From assembly GCA_003971905.1 (NCBI GenBank), contig RSEE01000026.1:62001-126000 (forward strand): a stretch of DNA of 64,000 nucleotides. The letters run 5' to 3'. Under the pieces are notes generated by a model, which was not told the origin of the DNA, ran no database searches, and was given only the letters and a program-made list of their open reading frames with translations. The position numbers and the translations under genes were made by a program. This document shows positions 61,035-64,000 of the stretch, in pieces. Every line of letters starts with the position of its first letter. The stretch's first letter is position 1. The DNA comes from Moniliella sp. 'wahieum' (Eukaryota).

Positions 61035-64000
61035 ATGGGCTCCCTCAGCGACGCTGGTGTTGGCCCCAGTGCCAGGACCAGTGGAGGGCGAAACCGAAGC
61101 GGAAGCACAACCGCCAGCGCTAGCGCAGCCATCGGACCGAAGAAGCTAACGGAAACCGCATACGTCATTACACCGTGGCGCCACAGCCACAGCCACAACC
61201 ACTCGATGGCCCCTACCCAGCATGTAGCACCTGGGTCTGGAGAAGAGAAACAGTGCGGCGGATGCCACCAGCCATTGGTCAAGGATGGGCAAGAACTTGT
61301 CTCTTTTACGAATGGGCTGTGGCACCGGGAGTGTCTAAGATGTACGCTGTGCGCTCGCGGCCCCGCAAACCCCAGCGATGAAGCACTGATCTTGAGCAAT
61401 GACCAGCTGGTATGTTCCAGCTGCGCGTGTGCATGCCAAAACTGTCGCAAACTCATCACGGACGAAGATGCGATCATGGCCGGGGAGGATTCCTATCATG
61501 CCGCCTGCTTTGTCTGCCACATCTGCCACCAACCTATCACCTCCCTTGTCTTTGCCAAGGCGTCCAGTGGTATCTACTGCATGCCCTGTCACGAACAGCG
61601 CATCGGCAATCAGAACCGACTGCGCGCAGCCCGCAAGCGCCAGAAACAACAACTCCGAAAGCTACTACACCACAGCAGCAGCAACAGCCACAACCCTCAT
61701 GCCCCACTTGCAGACGCAGCACCCCAGAAGAGAAGCGTGGGACATCCGGAATTTCGGCCTCCGGGCCGGAGGGGTCAGCTGCCAGTGGGTGCAACCGCGT
61801 TCCATGTCCCATCCACTGAAGCGGGTTTTACCCAGACGGCCATCCATGAGCCCACTGCCTCAATGAAGTCAGCCTCGCACGCATTGCCCTTGCATCGAAT
61901 AGAGAGAAAACTCTCCATCACTTCTGGATCCTCATTGCCTTCCAAGTCCAGCTGGCCTTCCAACCCGGCACATGCACCTGCTCCTACCCGTACATCTGCT
62001 TCTCCTTCCTCATCCCTCGAGCTTCCCCGTACCTTACAAAAGAGCCATATGTCAGCCCATTCCCTTGCCAGGGCATCTCGGTTGAAGAGTCAGGGCCCAT
62101 CAGCCAAGCTCGTCTCGTTCCTGGCACGGACCCTGCTCTACGCCCCATATCCAGTGCCGAGAACTTTTCGCGACTATCGAATGGTGCCTCCGCCACGCAG
62201 CCTCTTCGTATCCTCCGCCCCCGGGTAAAAACGGTACGGCTACCCGCCAGGTACACCCTTGAGTCAGGATCGCCCACCTCGGTATCAGACAAGGAAAGCC
62301 CCGCTACCTCCATCTCCTCTGACCCACAGACCACGGCTCCTCCACCACGAATCTCAGCTTGGGAGGGAAGGACAAGGGGACTACATCCATACGTATCTCG
62401 CCTCGCACCCGAACGAGCCGAACGAGCCCAACGTTACTCTGTTCCCAGCCAATGTCCCTTCTCGCACCGATGAGGGCAAAGGTTTGTGGGACCTGATGCC
62501 GGTGCCTATTGCGTGTGGCTCTGGTAAGGCCCCCCAATCGGTTTTGCGGTCTGCCTTGGCTTCTTCAAATGGTGTTACGTTTCCCTTCCGTTCGACATTG
62601 CCGTTAGTCTACTGAAGCTCCTCCCCTCGGCCGCGTCCGAAAAAGAACAGGATTATGGATCGGTATTGACGGGGAGCGAGGTGGCTTTGTTGCGGGCCGA
62701 GGTACAAGCATTGAAGCACCAACGTTCCAAAGAGCAGATGCAAGAAACAAGCCATCGGGAATGGTATCGAATGCACGAGGCCAAGACGTACGCGCAGCTT
62801 CAAGAGTTGGAGAAAGGCATGGGCGCACCTACAGACCTCTTGTGAGCTCAAAGCGTCGGAACTGGCCGAGCTGACCGCACGAGCGGAAACTAGGGAACCT
62901 AAAGGAGTGGGCATGGGTGGTTCCTACCCTCCCGTGGAACTGGGGCGCAACTTGTCCGTCGGCTCGAGCATGTTTCCCTCACCTTCCGCGCTGAGTTGAA
63001 TTCGCTTGTGGAGCAGCGGGACGCCATGCGGATCGAGGTGTCAGAGCTGGAACAGAACAAGGCAACTTATTGCAGGAGAAGGAAGCCTTGTCTCTGTTCC
63101 TCTCTTCGCTACAGCGTGAAAGAAGAGGAGCAGCGTTCGCTGGGCCATGCCAAGGTGTCAAGGCAAACATTGCGCTCGCTCCTTGAGCCTCCCGCGGGAG
63201 AAGCCTCATCACTTTCCTATCCTTTTCCGTCCCCCTTTCCCGATACATTCTCTCAAGGAGGGAAAATGTTCCGTTGATGCGTGGCACGGGTGGGCAGCGG
63301 GCGAGCACCACGGCATTCCCTCCACCTCTAAGCCCGGGTATGCTACATTCTCCCTCTGGTCTCTCCCTGTATTCGGCTCGAGTATCGGACCTGCCCCAGC
63401 CGAGCCGTTCTTCCACTTCGCTTTCCATTGGCGGGGGACTCTACTCTCAAGAGGGCGATTCGATGCCCAACCTAGTTTCTTCACATCCTAATGGGTCGGT
63501 GTCGTCAGATCTACCGTTGGGCACAGCTCGCTACGAGTGGAGCGGTTTGACATTTGGTTTGCCTCCTCCCCCCAGGGGAGGGCACGATTTTCATTCCTTT
63601 ACCGCAGTCCGTCCAACTCGATGCATGGTCTGCCAGCGGAGCATGTGGGGCCAGACCGAATTGCGATGCACGTTGCCTTGGCGCGATTCACCAGCGCTGT
63701 GTGGGGGGGCACATTTCCATATGTCAATCCAGCGAAAAAGAGGACAGCATCCGTTCTGTTGCTTCCCCACTTGCTGCCCTTGTCGGAGGAGAAGGAGGGC
63801 AAGGAGAAGTATCCCCAGCGAAGCACGAGGTCGGGTGCACGCTGGGCTGCGACCTCTCCATCCAACTGCCCTCGAAGGAAATGTGATTCCGCACATGCTA
63901 TCAAAATGTATCGAGGCCATTGAGGCCACCGCACTACGGTCTGAAGGCATCTATCGCCAGACGGGTGGATCCGGTCAAGTAACGCTCATCACCTCCCTCT
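61035..64000 (+). CDS. LIM-LIM / coiled-coil / C1 / RhoGAP protein (Rga1/Rga2-like), truncated by the window end
   Basis: Two LIM domains (CGGC..WHRECLRCTLC..CSSC; CQNC..YHAACFVCHIC..YCMPCH), coiled coil at about 62990-63060, C1-like GHDF..TRCMVCQRSMWGQTELRC, and RhoGAP start IPHMLSKCIEAIEA..LRSEGIYRQTG with the arginine finger. Confidence 0.9.

Overview
GC-rich, intron-containing fungal DNA, most likely basidiomycete (inferred from the gene set and GT-AG introns). Nearly every CDS is broken by 1-2 nt indels that look like uncorrected long-read errors, so gene boundaries are approximate. Recognisable genes are: a cytochrome P450, a forkhead transcription factor, an intron-containing tRNA-Gln(CUG), a secreted PEBP-like protein, a DUF2235/Tle1-like hydrolase, a zf-4CXXC_R1 (CDCA7-like)-DDT-WHIM chromatin protein, a membrane-anchored GH79, a dynamin-family protein with degenerate GTPase motifs, a Rud3-like GRAB golgin, a protein with a FAR1/WRKY-like (Mutator-type) zinc finger, and the 5' part of a LIM-C1-RhoGAP. 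There are also three hypothetical genes and a complete, very young Ty1/copia LTR retrotransposon (15907-20958, TSD TGGTC). The main unexplained signal is intergenic: many short tandem arrays of 7-bp interrupted palindromes xy-TNA-y'x' with freely varying arms, clustered mostly 5' of genes. They may be accumulated hairpin-type transposon excision footprints.
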